Source: Myxococcota bacterium
GTDB lineage: Bacteria > Myxococcota_A > UBA9160 > UBA6930
Direction of reading: 5' to 3'
Assembly: GCA_965223415.1 (NCBI GenBank)
Contig: OZ245002.1
Span: 3,456,001-3,520,000, forward strand
DNA: 64,000 bases
Part shown: positions 49,909 through 58,863 of the stretch, piece by piece
Position numbering within the stretch: position 1 is the first letter of the stretch
How the letters are laid out: each line of letters opens with the position of its first letter
Notes under the pieces: model-generated
The model's database searches: none
Seen by the model: the letters and a program-made list of their open reading frames with translations, nothing else
Told to the model about the DNA's origin: nothing
Made by a program: the position numbers and the translations under genes

Positions 49909-51108
49909 TCACCTCCTCGGCACGGCGCGGGGCGCGCCGAGCTTCCTGCGCCGACGGAGGGATCCGAGCGCCGGCAGCAGAAGGGCCAGCTCCGGGCCGA
50001 TGCCGCAGGTCGGGCCTCCCCCGCCGGCGGGCTGCCACTCGAAGGCCCCGAGATCGCAGGCCGGCCCCTGTGGCCGCAGCTCTCCTCGCTGGTCGGTCGT
50101 CGGGAGGCATGTCGCGGCGCCGGCGTCGCGGGCCGGGCTTCCGGCGGGCAGTCCGTGGGTCCAGGTCGGTCCCCCGCGATCGGCCAGCGCGAGGAGCTGG
50201 GGGTCTGTCGCCGGAAGGTCCGTGGGATCCGCGAGGCCGCAGGAGCCATCGCTGTCGAGCGAGTGAGTCGAGACGACGATGGCCTGGCCGATCCCGGAGA
50301 AATCGCAATCGGCCGCGGCGCTGCCCGCAAGGATCGTATGGTCCAGATACAGGGTGAGCTGGTCCGCATCGCCACCCACTGCGCTCTGCTGGGACTCCGC
50401 GACCGTGACGTTCTCGAGCCGCACGATCGCGTTCGCATAGAGCTGGATGGCCGCGCCGTTGTTCGAGAAGGTCGAGTTGCGGGCCCAGAGGTCCATCGGA
50501 AGCGTGTTCGAGAGAGACACGCCCTCTCCGCAGTTCAGGACCGTCGTGCCTTCGAGAGCGACGAAGTGCCGGGCGAGAATCGCGCGAGGAGCGTACATCT
50601 CGCAGTCGAGAGTCGAGTCCACAGCGGTCACGTAGTTGCCGAAGACCATCGTGTTCCCGATGTCCCGCACGGTCACCCGATCCAGGTCGACGTTCGTGGT
50701 GCTGATCGCCCAATCGCTCTCGAGGATCTCCGTGTCGGTGGCAAGCACCGAAGATCCGCTCGGGAAACCCGACTCGTGGACGGCGAAGTTCCAATCCCGA
50801 ATGCGCGAGTCCATGACCTCGAGTGAGCCACCGCTCTCCGTCTCGATCGCATGGGTGATCAGCGAGCGGTCACCCTCGAGGGCGAGCGAGCGGATCTCGA
50901 GCGTGCCGCCGTGCAGGTGGTCGAAGCCGTCTCCGCCGGTCACGCGGACGATCGTGGCATCCCTCCCGGTGCCGACGATCTCCACGTCGTCCAGTACGTC
51001 CAGATCACCGATCGCGGCGACGTCGTCGTCGATCCCTGCAGATGGATCGAGGCTCTGGACGTCGAACGTGCCGGTCGGAAGCGACACCACGTCGGCGCCG
51101 GGGGCGAG
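49909..51108 (-). pseudogene. Paralogue of 48313-49692 lacking its N-terminus, with CGIGPEL tail
   Basis: Similarity starts at PGADVVSLP; shares SLDSDGSCGL.D.TDLPATDP...GGPTWTH...DQRG...CDLGAFE; no in-frame signal peptide upstream. Confidence 0.65.
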
Positions 51109-51192
51109 GGGGATCTGCTGAGGTTCCGCTGAAGCGACGTGGGCCCGGATTCCCCACGGTGCTCCTCGCGTTCCACCATGGAGGACCCTTCG

Positions 51193-51753
51193 ATGCCTTC
51201 GTCCCTCGGCCGCCTCGCCTCCGCTGCTCTCCTGCTCCTGGCCCTGACGCCTGGCAGCGCGTCTGCCCAGTCCTGGCCCGGCTGGCCGCCCCTCGACCCC
51301 TGCCTCTTCGACCCGCTCCCGGCGACGGGCTGCGAGCTGCCCGACTTTCGCTGGCTCGCACCCGCCACCCAGGTGGTCCCGGCGGGCACGTGGACCTGGA
51401 CCTTCGTGTCCCTCCAGCTCCACAACCGGGGCGGCGCCTCCGGCGCGCCCGCCCAGGCGATCTTCCGCGTGTCCGAAGGGCAGATCGTGGCCATCGTCAG
51501 CTCCCAGCCGACCTCGGCCTGGCCGGATCAGGGCCTCCTCGGCACGAGCCCGCCCGATCCCACCCGGTGGACGAGCACCTTCGCGCCCGGGCTCGCTGCG
51601 GCCGAATCGCTCGACCTGGGCGTCTGGATCCTCTCGGACGCGGGCACGCAGCCGATCCTCACGGCGACGGCCAACGCGGACTTCCACTGGGGAACGACGT
51701 GGCTCCCGGAGGAGATCACCCGCGCGAACAACGCGCTCGTGGTCGGACCCTAG
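51193..51753 (+). CDS. Exported hypothetical protein, possibly CARDB/Ig-like
   Basis: GGAGGA SD, signal peptide ...ASA, HNRG and C-terminal E..RANN. Confidence 0.6.
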   Translation: MPSSLGRLASAALLLLALTPGSASAQSWPGWPPLDPCLFDPLPATGCELPDFRWLAPATQVVPAGTWTWTFVSLQLHNRGGASGAPAQAIFRVSEGQIVAIVSSQPTSAWPDQGLLGTSPPDPTRWTSTFAPGLAAAESLDLGVWILSDAGTQPILTATANADFHWGTTWLPEEITRANNALVVGP

Positions 51754-51759
51754 GCAGCT

Positions 51760-52488
51760 TCAGGCGCGCTCGAAGCACCAACGGTGGCGCGCCGATGCCA
51801 CCGTGAACGACGACTCGCCGGCGAGCCAGCCGCGCAGGAACTCGACGGCCGGTGGCCAGGGCAGGGGCTCGGCGTCGGGCCCCGCGCGCTCGAGCCCGAC
51901 CTCGAGCCGGCCTTCGCCCTCGCCGGGATCGAGCAGAAGGCCCACGCCGTAGGCGCAGGCGGGCTCGTCCACCAGGGCCGCGAAGACCGGATCGAGGGGC
52001 ACGTCTCCCATCACGAAGAGCACCGGGCGCTCGGGCTCGCGTTCCAGGTGGCCGAGGGCCTCCAGCAGCCCGCAGCCGAAGCTGTCGTCCCGGGCGGCGA
52101 GGGAGCTCGAGGCCTGGCGGTTGCCCATCGCGATGGAGAACAGGCCGGCCTGGGCGTTGTGCACGGTGTGGCTGAAGATCGCGGGCGAGATGCGCTCGTT
52201 CCGGGCCACGTTCTCGAGCAGCCCCACGGATTCGTTGATGCTCCCGTGGCGCGAGGCGAACACGGTTCGCACGCCCTCCCGCTCCTCTTCGGGGCAGCCT
52301 TCCGCCGCGACCTTCAGCAGGATCTTCGAGAGCGGCGTGCAGCGGCGGCGGAGCATGGCCGGCAGGAATTTCGCGTCGGGAACGCCTTCGGCGGCGAGCG
52401 GGTACGGAGCCCCGGCCCAGGTGATCCAATCGTCGGCGCTCTCCAGCCCCGGCGCCCAGGCACTCCATCCCCGGAGCCGCGTCTTCAC
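51760..52488 (-). CDS. Ketosynthase chain-length factor (ApeC-like)
   Basis: WSAWAPG, LPAMLRRR, FASRHG, SPAIFSHTVHNA, LLEA; short, no KS catalytic motif. Confidence 0.85.
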   Translation of the reverse strand: MKTRLRGWSAWAPGLESADDWITWAGAPYPLAAEGVPDAKFLPAMLRRRCTPLSKILLKVAAEGCPEEEREGVRTVFASRHGSINESVGLLENVARNERISPAIFSHTVHNAQAGLFSIAMGNRQASSSLAARDDSFGCGLLEALGHLEREPERPVLFVMGDVPLDPVFAALVDEPACAYGVGLLLDPGEGEGRLEVGLERAGPDAEPLPWPPAVEFLRGWLAGESSFTVASARHRWCFERA

Positions 52489-52533
52489 GGGGTGCTTCGC
52501 TCCCGGAGCCGCGTCTTCACGGCGTGCTTCGCT
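52470..52533. repeat. 32-bp tandem duplication across the KS stop / CLF start junction
   Basis: CCCGGAGCCGCGTCTTCACGG[G/C]GTGCTTCGCT twice (52470-52501, 52502-52533), one mismatch. Confidence 0.95.
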
Positions 52534-53716
52534 CCAGTACCAGCGTGCAGTTGTTGCCGCCGAAGCCGAAGGAGTTGGTGAGGACGAGCGTCCGGTCTCC
52601 GACGGGGGCCGACTCACCCTTGCCGGCCAGCCGGATGGGAGCGCAGGCGGGATCGAGCTCGCCGTCGAAGACGTGGGGCGGCAGGTCCAGGACGCCTTCG
52701 TGTCCGCCCGCGAGGACGAGCCAGCTGAAGGCCGCCTCCAGGGCGCCCGCGGCGCCGAGGGTGTGGCCGACGAGGGGCTTGGTCGAGCTGCAGGGGACGT
52801 CGCGGCCGAGCACCCGGTCGACCGCCAGACTCTCCATGGCGTCGTTGAGCGGCGTGCCGGTGCCGTGGAGGTTGACGTAGGCGATGTCGCCGGGCGCCGC
52901 GCTGGCGTCGTCGAGGGCGCGGCGCATGGCGTTCTCCGCACCCCGACCCTCCGGATCCGGCGCGGACATGTGGTGGGCCTCGCTCGATTCGCCCACGCCC
53001 GCGAGCTGGATGCCGCCCGGGTCGCCGGTCACGAGGAACACGGCGGCGCCCTCGCCGAGGGTGAGCCCGCGCCGGTTCACGCTCATGGGGTTGGTCGCCT
53101 CGGGAGCCACCGCCTGGAGGGCGGCGAAACCGCCGGTCGTGAGGCCGCACAGGGTGTCCGCGGCGCCGGCGACCACCGCATCGCACAGCCCGAGCCGCAG
53201 CAGGGAGCGGGCGGAGGCCAGGGCCCGCGCGCCGGAGGAGCAGGCCGTCGAGAGCGTGTAGGCCGGGCCCTCCGCACCGAGCCAGCGCGCCGTGAACTCG
53301 GCGATGCCGCCGAACTCGAGCTGGGCGTAGTCGAAGGCCGGCGCCAGGGCCGACGTCTCCAGGTGGTGGCGGATCGCCACCTCGGCGTCGGCGACGCCCG
53401 ACGTGCTCGTGCCCATGACGACGCCGATGCGCTTCGGCCCGAAGCGTTGCACCGCCTCCCGAAGCGGCGCTTCGATCTGTTGCAGGGCGGCCAGGGCCAT
53501 CGCGTTGTTGCGACACGCGAACGCGGAAAGCTCGGGCGGGATTTCGGGCAGTGGCTCGTTCACTGCGGCGACGACCATCGGCTCGTCGGCCGCGGGCACG
53601 TCGCGCAGGGAGAGGCGGGTCGTGTCGCCGCTCAGCAGACGGGCCCAGGTCTCCTCTGCGCTCGAGCCGAGCGCCTGGATCTGACCCATGGCGGCGAGGG
53701 AGCACGGCGCAGTCAT
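52517..53716 (-). CDS. Beta-ketoacyl-ACP synthase (ApeO-like)
   Basis: RNN, GTSTSG, STACSSG, GEGAA, HGTGT, GHTLGAAG, SFGFGGNN. Confidence 0.92.
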   Translation of the reverse strand: MTAPCSLAAMGQIQALGSSAEETWARLLSGDTTRLSLRDVPAADEPMVVAAVNEPLPEIPPELSAFACRNNAMALAALQQIEAPLREAVQRFGPKRIGVVMGTSTSGVADAEVAIRHHLETSALAPAFDYAQLEFGGIAEFTARWLGAEGPAYTLSTACSSGARALASARSLLRLGLCDAVVAGAADTLCGLTTGGFAALQAVAPEATNPMSVNRRGLTLGEGAAVFLVTGDPGGIQLAGVGESSEAHHMSAPDPEGRGAENAMRRALDDASAAPGDIAYVNLHGTGTPLNDAMESLAVDRVLGRDVPCSSTKPLVGHTLGAAGALEAAFSWLVLAGGHEGVLDLPPHVFDGELDPACAPIRLAGKGESAPVGDRTLVLTNSFGFGGNNCTLVLERSTP

Positions 53717-53771
53717 CCCCTCGACGATACCTGCTCGTCGGGGGGACAGCCTGGGTGCGAGGTGTGAGCCC

Positions 53772-54122
53772 CTAGAACGGGTAGACGCTGCCCATCGGAT
53801 GGGGCAGCGGGAGCCGCTTGTTCAGCGCCTCGTTGCGCAGCTCGGCGGTTCCCTCCGCGGAGAAGCGGCCGGAGGAGGCCGGCTGGTTCATCCGCGGCAG
53901 CTGCACGTCGCGGGGGTCGCGAATGCCGCTCGTCGAGAGATAGGGGCGACCGCGCCAGCGATCGTGGGTCGAGAGGCGCACCTTCTCGGGGCGGGCCTCG
54001 TCGCCCTTGGCCTTCGCCTCGGCCACGGCTTCGTCCTGGGGCTCGGCGGTCGGCGAATCGGCCCAGGCACTGCCGGCGAACAGGAAGCTCGCTGCCACCA
54101 ACAGCAACAGCATGCGGATCAT
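53772..54122 (-). CDS. Small exported hypothetical protein (116 aa)
   Basis: GGAGGA SD; MIRMLLLLVAASFLFAGSAWA signal peptide. Confidence 0.7.
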   Translation of the reverse strand: MIRMLLLLVAASFLFAGSAWADSPTAEPQDEAVAEAKAKGDEARPEKVRLSTHDRWRGRPYLSTSGIRDPRDVQLPRMNQPASSGRFSAEGTAELRNEALNKRLPLPHPMGSVYPF

Positions 54123-54164
54123 CGGATCCCTCCTCCGGGGGCGCCACGGTTCGTCCCCTGGAAG

Positions 54165-54180
54165 AGCAAGCTGCGTGCCA
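54165..54180 (-). promoter_or_regulatory. Sigma-54 (-24/-12) promoter
   Basis: TGGCACGCAGCTTGCT on the minus strand matches TGGCACG-N4-TTGCW; 43 nt upstream of ATG 54122. Confidence 0.8.
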
Positions 54181-54313
54181 CGCAGGACGCAGGAGCGTTC
54201 GCTAGGCGAGCCCTGACTCCCAGTCCACGCAGCCGCCGGCGTCGTCCGCCGCTTGGGGCGGCGTGCAGCCCGCCGCTTGCGATGCGGGCCCGCGGCTCCT
54301 GGGGCGTCGGGGA

Positions 54314-56761
54314 TCAGCTGGGGGGTGACGACGGGGGCGGATCGCCGCGGTCGCCACCTTCGGGCCGCCGCCCGCGCCCGCGTCGCCTTCGTCCGCGGCT
54401 GCCGCGCCGCCTCCGCTTGTTCCGGCTCCGCGACTCGCCGTCGTCGGAGGCGCGGGCCTCGGCGCCGTTCGCGTTTCGCCGCCCCCGGTTGCCGCCGGCG
54501 CTCGCCGCGGCGCCGCCGGAGCGGCGCCCGCCCTTGCGGCGCTTCTGGCCCCGTCGCCGGCTTCCGCCACTTCCCGACTTGCCCCGCCCGCGTCGCCGAC
54601 GCTCCTCGCCCTTGGGAGGCGCCAGCGGCTCCCAGAAGCTGTCCGGTCGATCCGCCTGGCCGCGGCAGACGTCGCACATGCCGCAGGGCTCGGTGGTCTC
54701 CTCGCCGAAGTACTCGCGCAGGAAGTTTGCCCGGCACTCGGCGTCGAGGGCGTAGTCGGCGACGGCGTCGAGACGCCTCGCGTCCTGGGTGCGCAGGGTC
54801 TCGAACTGGCCGGCCAGCTCCCGGGCCTTCTCCTCGAACTCCTCCGGCGCCACGATCACGTACACCGCGTCCTGGTCCCACTTGACCAGGGTCGCCTCTT
54901 CCATGAGCGCGAGGAGCGCGCCGGTGGTGCGCGCGCCGAGCTCCGCCGACAGCGCCAGGGCCTGGAGGCTCGGGATCTTCTCCTCGAGGGCCCAGGCGGC
55001 CAGGGCCCGGGCCAGCTTGTAGAGCTGCTCGGGCCGCACGCGGCTGCGCGCCAGGAGCGCCTCGTGGATGGCCCGGTCCTCGGACGAGAAGAGCAGGATG
55101 CAGTTGGCGCGGCGGCCGTCGCGTCCGGCACGGCCCGCCTCCTGGACGTACTGCTCGAGGGAGGCCGGGGACTGGTAGTGGAGGACGTAGCGGATGTCCG
55201 ACTTGTCGATGCCGAGGCCGAAGGCGTTCGTCGCCACCATCACCGTGCGCCGGCCGCGCTGCATGAACGCGTTCTGGTTCTTGGTGCGCTCGGAGGCGGT
55301 CATCTTGCCGTGGTAGCGGTGGGCCGGGACGCCGAAGCGTTTCAGCACGGCCCAGATCTCGTCCACCTCCCGGGTCGTCGCGCAGTAGATGATTCCCGGC
55401 CGGCGCACCCGCAGGGCCAGCCGCGCCAGCGCGCGCAGGCGCTGGCCTCCCGCACAGTGCAGCACGTCGAAGGCCAGGTTCGAGCGGTGGGGCGAGGTCG
55501 CGACCAGGTGCGGATCCCGCATTCCGACGAAGCGGATGATCGCCATCCGCACCTTCTCGGTGGCGGTGGCGGTGAGCGCCAGCACCGGCGGCGCGCCCAT
55601 GGCGCGCAGTCGTTCGCCGATCTGGAGATAGGCGGGGCGGAAGTCGTAGCCCCACTCGGAGATGCAGTGGGCCTCGTCGACGGCGGCCAGGGCGACGCCG
55701 GATTCGATCAGCGCCTCGGAGGCGTCGGGGGCGGCGAGGGTCTCCGGCGTGGTCATCACCAGCACGCGTTCGCCGCTGCGGATGCGCGCCAGCGCCTCCT
55801 TGCGCTTGCCGCCGCGGATCGTGCCGTCGAGGCGCACGCAGGGCACGCCGAGCTTCTGGAGCTTGTCGTACTGATCCTGCATCAGCGCGAGGAGCGGCGA
55901 GATCACCACCACCGGCTTCGACAGGATCATCGACGGGATCTGGTAGCAGGCGGACTTCCCGAAGCCGGTGGGAAGGATCATCATCACGTCCTTCCCGCTG
56001 AGCCCCTGCTCGATCACCTCCTCCTGCTCCGGGTGGAGCTGGCGGATGCCGAGGCGGAGCGCCGCCTTGCGCATGGCCTCCAGGCGCTCCTCGTGGGTGT
56101 CGAGGGGCACCGGGCCCTCGAAGACGGGCCCGGACGGGATCTCGAGCTCTTCTTCGGGCTCGAGGTCGTCCTCGTCTTCCTCGAGCTGGGCGCCGAGGGC
56201 GGCGGCCTCGGCCTGCAGCTCCTCCAGGGCGTCCTCGATGCTCTCGACCGCGGCGAGCTTCGTCACCGGCTCGCCGTCGTCCACCGGCGCGTCCTCCGGG
56301 ACCTCCGGCTCGTCGTCGAGGTCGAACATCTCCTCGGCCACCGAGAACTCCTCGGGCTCGAGGGTCTCCGGCGCGGGCTTCGCGCGCTTGCGGGCGGCCG
56401 GGCGGCGCTTGGGGCGCTCGTCTTCGCTCACGTCGTCGTCCGCTGCCTTCGCATCGGCGTTGGCCTTCTTGCGGGTGGCCTTCTTCGGGGAGGCCTTCCG
56501 CGTGGTCTTCTTCGCGGTCGCCTTCTTCGAGGTCGCCTTCTTGGTGCTCGTGGTGGAGGCCTTCTTCGTCGAAGCCACCTTCGTGGCGGTCTTGCGGGTC
56601 GCCTTCTTGGTCGAAGCCACCTTCGCGGCGGTCTTGCGGGTCGCCTTCTTGGTGGCCGCCTTCTTCGTGGACGGCTTCTTGCGCGTCCCTCGCCCGCTGC
56701 CGGACGAGTCCGCGCCCTCGTCGGACGCGTCGGACTCGCCGTCGGTCGGATCACTAGCCAA
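54314..56761 (-). CDS. recQ: RecQ-family DNA helicase with Lys/Ala-rich and acidic N-terminal extension and Arg/Gly-rich tail
   Basis: PTGFGKS, DEAHCISEWG.DFRPAY, LTATAT, ATNAFGLGIDK, QEAGRAGRDG, C...CGMCDVC; TTG start after GAGGAG. Confidence 0.9.
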   Translation of the reverse strand: MASDPTDGESDASDEGADSSGSGRGTRKKPSTKKAATKKATRKTAAKVASTKKATRKTATKVASTKKASTTSTKKATSKKATAKKTTRKASPKKATRKKANADAKAADDDVSEDERPKRRPAARKRAKPAPETLEPEEFSVAEEMFDLDDEPEVPEDAPVDDGEPVTKLAAVESIEDALEELQAEAAALGAQLEEDEDDLEPEEELEIPSGPVFEGPVPLDTHEERLEAMRKAALRLGIRQLHPEQEEVIEQGLSGKDVMMILPTGFGKSACYQIPSMILSKPVVVISPLLALMQDQYDKLQKLGVPCVRLDGTIRGGKRKEALARIRSGERVLVMTTPETLAAPDASEALIESGVALAAVDEAHCISEWGYDFRPAYLQIGERLRAMGAPPVLALTATATEKVRMAIIRFVGMRDPHLVATSPHRSNLAFDVLHCAGGQRLRALARLALRVRRPGIIYCATTREVDEIWAVLKRFGVPAHRYHGKMTASERTKNQNAFMQRGRRTVMVATNAFGLGIDKSDIRYVLHYQSPASLEQYVQEAGRAGRDGRRANCILLFSSEDRAIHEALLARSRVRPEQLYKLARALAAWALEEKIPSLQALALSAELGARTTGALLALMEEATLVKWDQDAVYVIVAPEEFEEKARELAGQFETLRTQDARRLDAVADYALDAECRANFLREYFGEETTEPCGMCDVCRGQADRPDSFWEPLAPPKGEERRRRGRGKSGSGGSRRRGQKRRKGGRRSGGAAASAGGNRGRRNANGAEARASDDGESRSRNKRRRRGSRGRRRRGRGRRPEGGDRGDPPPSSPPS
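56559..56653. repeat. 42-bp in-frame tandem repeat (TRKTAxKVASTKKA) in the recQ N-terminus
   Basis: Two near-identical units at 56559-56600 and 56601-56642 plus a partial unit. Confidence 0.88.
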
Positions 56762-57030
56762 TCTGCTCCTCACGCAGGGCGGCACCGCTCCAGGGCGCGC
56801 CAGCAGCACGGCCACGGAGCCCAGGCCTCGTCACGCCGCCTCGGGGGCACAGGGGAGGTCCGGGTGCCTGCCAGGCTTGCGGCGTCGAGAGACGGGCCGC
56901 GGTCCTCCATGGGTTACAGAATTTCGCGGCGCGCCACCATGGACCCACGAAATTGGTCCCCGCGGGGGCGTTGCGTGGCCCGACCCCGCTTCTAACCTGC
57001 CCCCGCCTTTCTCCAGGAGTCGACACCGCC

Positions 57031-58017
57031 GTGCCCGCACCCCCCGTGATCGCTCAGAACCTGACGACCCTCTCCAAGCACCTCGCTGGGCGCGCCCTCG
57101 ACCCCGGCTTGGCGGGAGTGCTCGAGGCCCTCGCCCTGGGCTGCAAGGCCATCGGCCACCGGGTGCGGCGGGCGCGGATCGAGGACGACATCGTCGGCGT
57201 GGCGGGCGGCGAAAACGTGTTCGGCGAGGTGCAGCAGAAGCTCGACGTGCTCTCGGACGAAATGCTCCTCCAGTGCCTGCGGGAGGCGCCGGCAGCGGGG
57301 GTGTACGCCTCCGAGGAGCAGGAGGGGGCGATCGTGCTGCGGCCGGCGAGCGAGGGCGGCCGCTACGCGGTGCTGGCCGATCCCCTCGACGGCTCGTCCA
57401 ACATCGACGTGGCGGTGAGCGTGGGGACCATCTTCAGCGTCCTCCCCAACGACCGGCCCGACGCTGAGAGCGCCGAGGCGGTGCTCCAGCCCGGCCGCAA
57501 CCAGGTGGCGGCAGGCTACGTGCTCTACGGCTCGTCGATCGTCCTGGTGCTGGCGACGGCCGGCGGCGTCGACATGTACACCCTCGACCCGGTGCTCGGC
57601 GACTTCGTGCTGGTCAAGGAGGGCATCGAGATCCCGGCGGAGAGGAAGATCTACTCGATCAACGAGGCCTACGTGAACGACTTCGACGCGGGGCTCAAGG
57701 CTTACCTCGAGTTCGCCCACGGCGCGGGATACGCCGCCCGCTACATCGGTTCGATGGTCGCCGACGTCCACCGCACGCTTCTGAAGGGGGGCGTGTTCAT
57801 CTATCCGGCCACGGCGAAGGCGCCCCAGGGCAAGCTCCGGCTGATGTACGAGGGCAACCCGATGGGCTTCGTGATCGAGCGGGCGGGCGGCGCGGCCTCC
57901 GCTGGCGCGGCGGCGATCCTCGACGCCGTGCCCGCGCAGGTGCACGACCGCACGCCGGTCATCCTCGGCTCGAAGCTCGAGGTGGAGCACGTCACCTCCC
58001 GGACCCACCCCGCCTAG
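57031..58017 (+). CDS. fbp: Fructose-1,6-bisphosphatase class 1
   Basis: GEVQQKLDV, ASEE, DPLDGSSNID, YSINE, RYIGSMVADVHR, GKLRLMYE. Confidence 0.95.
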   Translation: MPAPPVIAQNLTTLSKHLAGRALDPGLAGVLEALALGCKAIGHRVRRARIEDDIVGVAGGENVFGEVQQKLDVLSDEMLLQCLREAPAAGVYASEEQEGAIVLRPASEGGRYAVLADPLDGSSNIDVAVSVGTIFSVLPNDRPDAESAEAVLQPGRNQVAAGYVLYGSSIVLVLATAGGVDMYTLDPVLGDFVLVKEGIEIPAERKIYSINEAYVNDFDAGLKAYLEFAHGAGYAARYIGSMVADVHRTLLKGGVFIYPATAKAPQGKLRLMYEGNPMGFVIERAGGAASAGAAAILDAVPAQVHDRTPVILGSKLEVEHVTSRTHPA

Positions 58018-58863
58018 ATGCGCGTCGCGAACCGCGCCGGCCGGTTGGTGTGGCTCGGCGAGGGCACGGCTCTCGACGTGGAGCGCGCCACCGGCGGCCG
58101 CTTCGGCCCGGACCCGATGGACGCCTTCACCGACTGGGAGGCGCTGCGGGCCCTCGCCGAGGGCGTGTCGCCGGACGACGGCGAGCCCTGTGCTCCGGCG
58201 GAGCTCGGCCCCTGCGTGCCCCGGCCGGGTGCCGTCTACGCGATCGGCCTCAACTACCGGGACCACGCGGCGGAGGCGGGTCTGCCGGAGCCCGGCTCGC
58301 CGATGGTGTTCACCAAGTTCCCGGCGTGCCTTGCCGGACCCGAGGCCCCGGTGCGCCTCTCCTCCGACCGGGTCGACTGGGAGGCGGAGCTCGTCGTCGT
58401 GATCGGCCGCCCCTGCACCGCCGTCTCCGAGGCCGACGGGTTCGCGGCGGTGGCGGGCTACTGCGTGGGCCAGGACGTCTCCGACCGCCGCATGCAGTTC
58501 AAGGACAAGCCCGCCCAGTTCTCCCTCGGCAAGTCGCTGCCGGGATTCGGGCCGATCGGGCCGGCCGTGACGAGCTTGGACCGGCTGGCCGATCCCCTGG
58601 ACCTGGCGATCACCTGCGATCTCGACGGCGAGCGGGTGCAGGAGAGCCGCACCCGCGAGATGATCTTCCCGGTGCCCGCGCTGGTGGCGTTCCTCTCGCG
58701 CCACATCCCCCTCGCGCCCGGCGACCTCGTCTTCACGGGCACGCCGGCGGGGGTGGGCTCCGTGCGCACGCCGCGGCGCTACCTGCAGGCGGGCGAGCAG
58801 CTGACGACCCGCATCGAGGGCCTGGGCGCGCTCCACAACCGCTGCGTGGCCGCCGCCGGATGA
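58018..58863 (+). CDS. Fumarylacetoacetate hydrolase family protein
   Basis: IGLNYRDH, FTK, DWEAEL, QDVSDR, GKS, TGTPAGVG. Confidence 0.92.
   Translation: MRVANRAGRLVWLGEGTALDVERATGGRFGPDPMDAFTDWEALRALAEGVSPDDGEPCAPAELGPCVPRPGAVYAIGLNYRDHAAEAGLPEPGSPMVFTKFPACLAGPEAPVRLSSDRVDWEAELVVVIGRPCTAVSEADGFAAVAGYCVGQDVSDRRMQFKDKPAQFSLGKSLPGFGPIGPAVTSLDRLADPLDLAITCDLDGERVQESRTREMIFPVPALVAFLSRHIPLAPGDLVFTGTPAGVGSVRTPRRYLQAGEQLTTRIEGLGALHNRCVAAAG

Noticed and set aside
51109..51687. N-terminal part of the 592-aa ORF 49909-51687
   Set aside because: Mostly antisense to a better gene (51193-51753, with SD and signal peptide) and lacks similarity to the paralogue's N-terminus.
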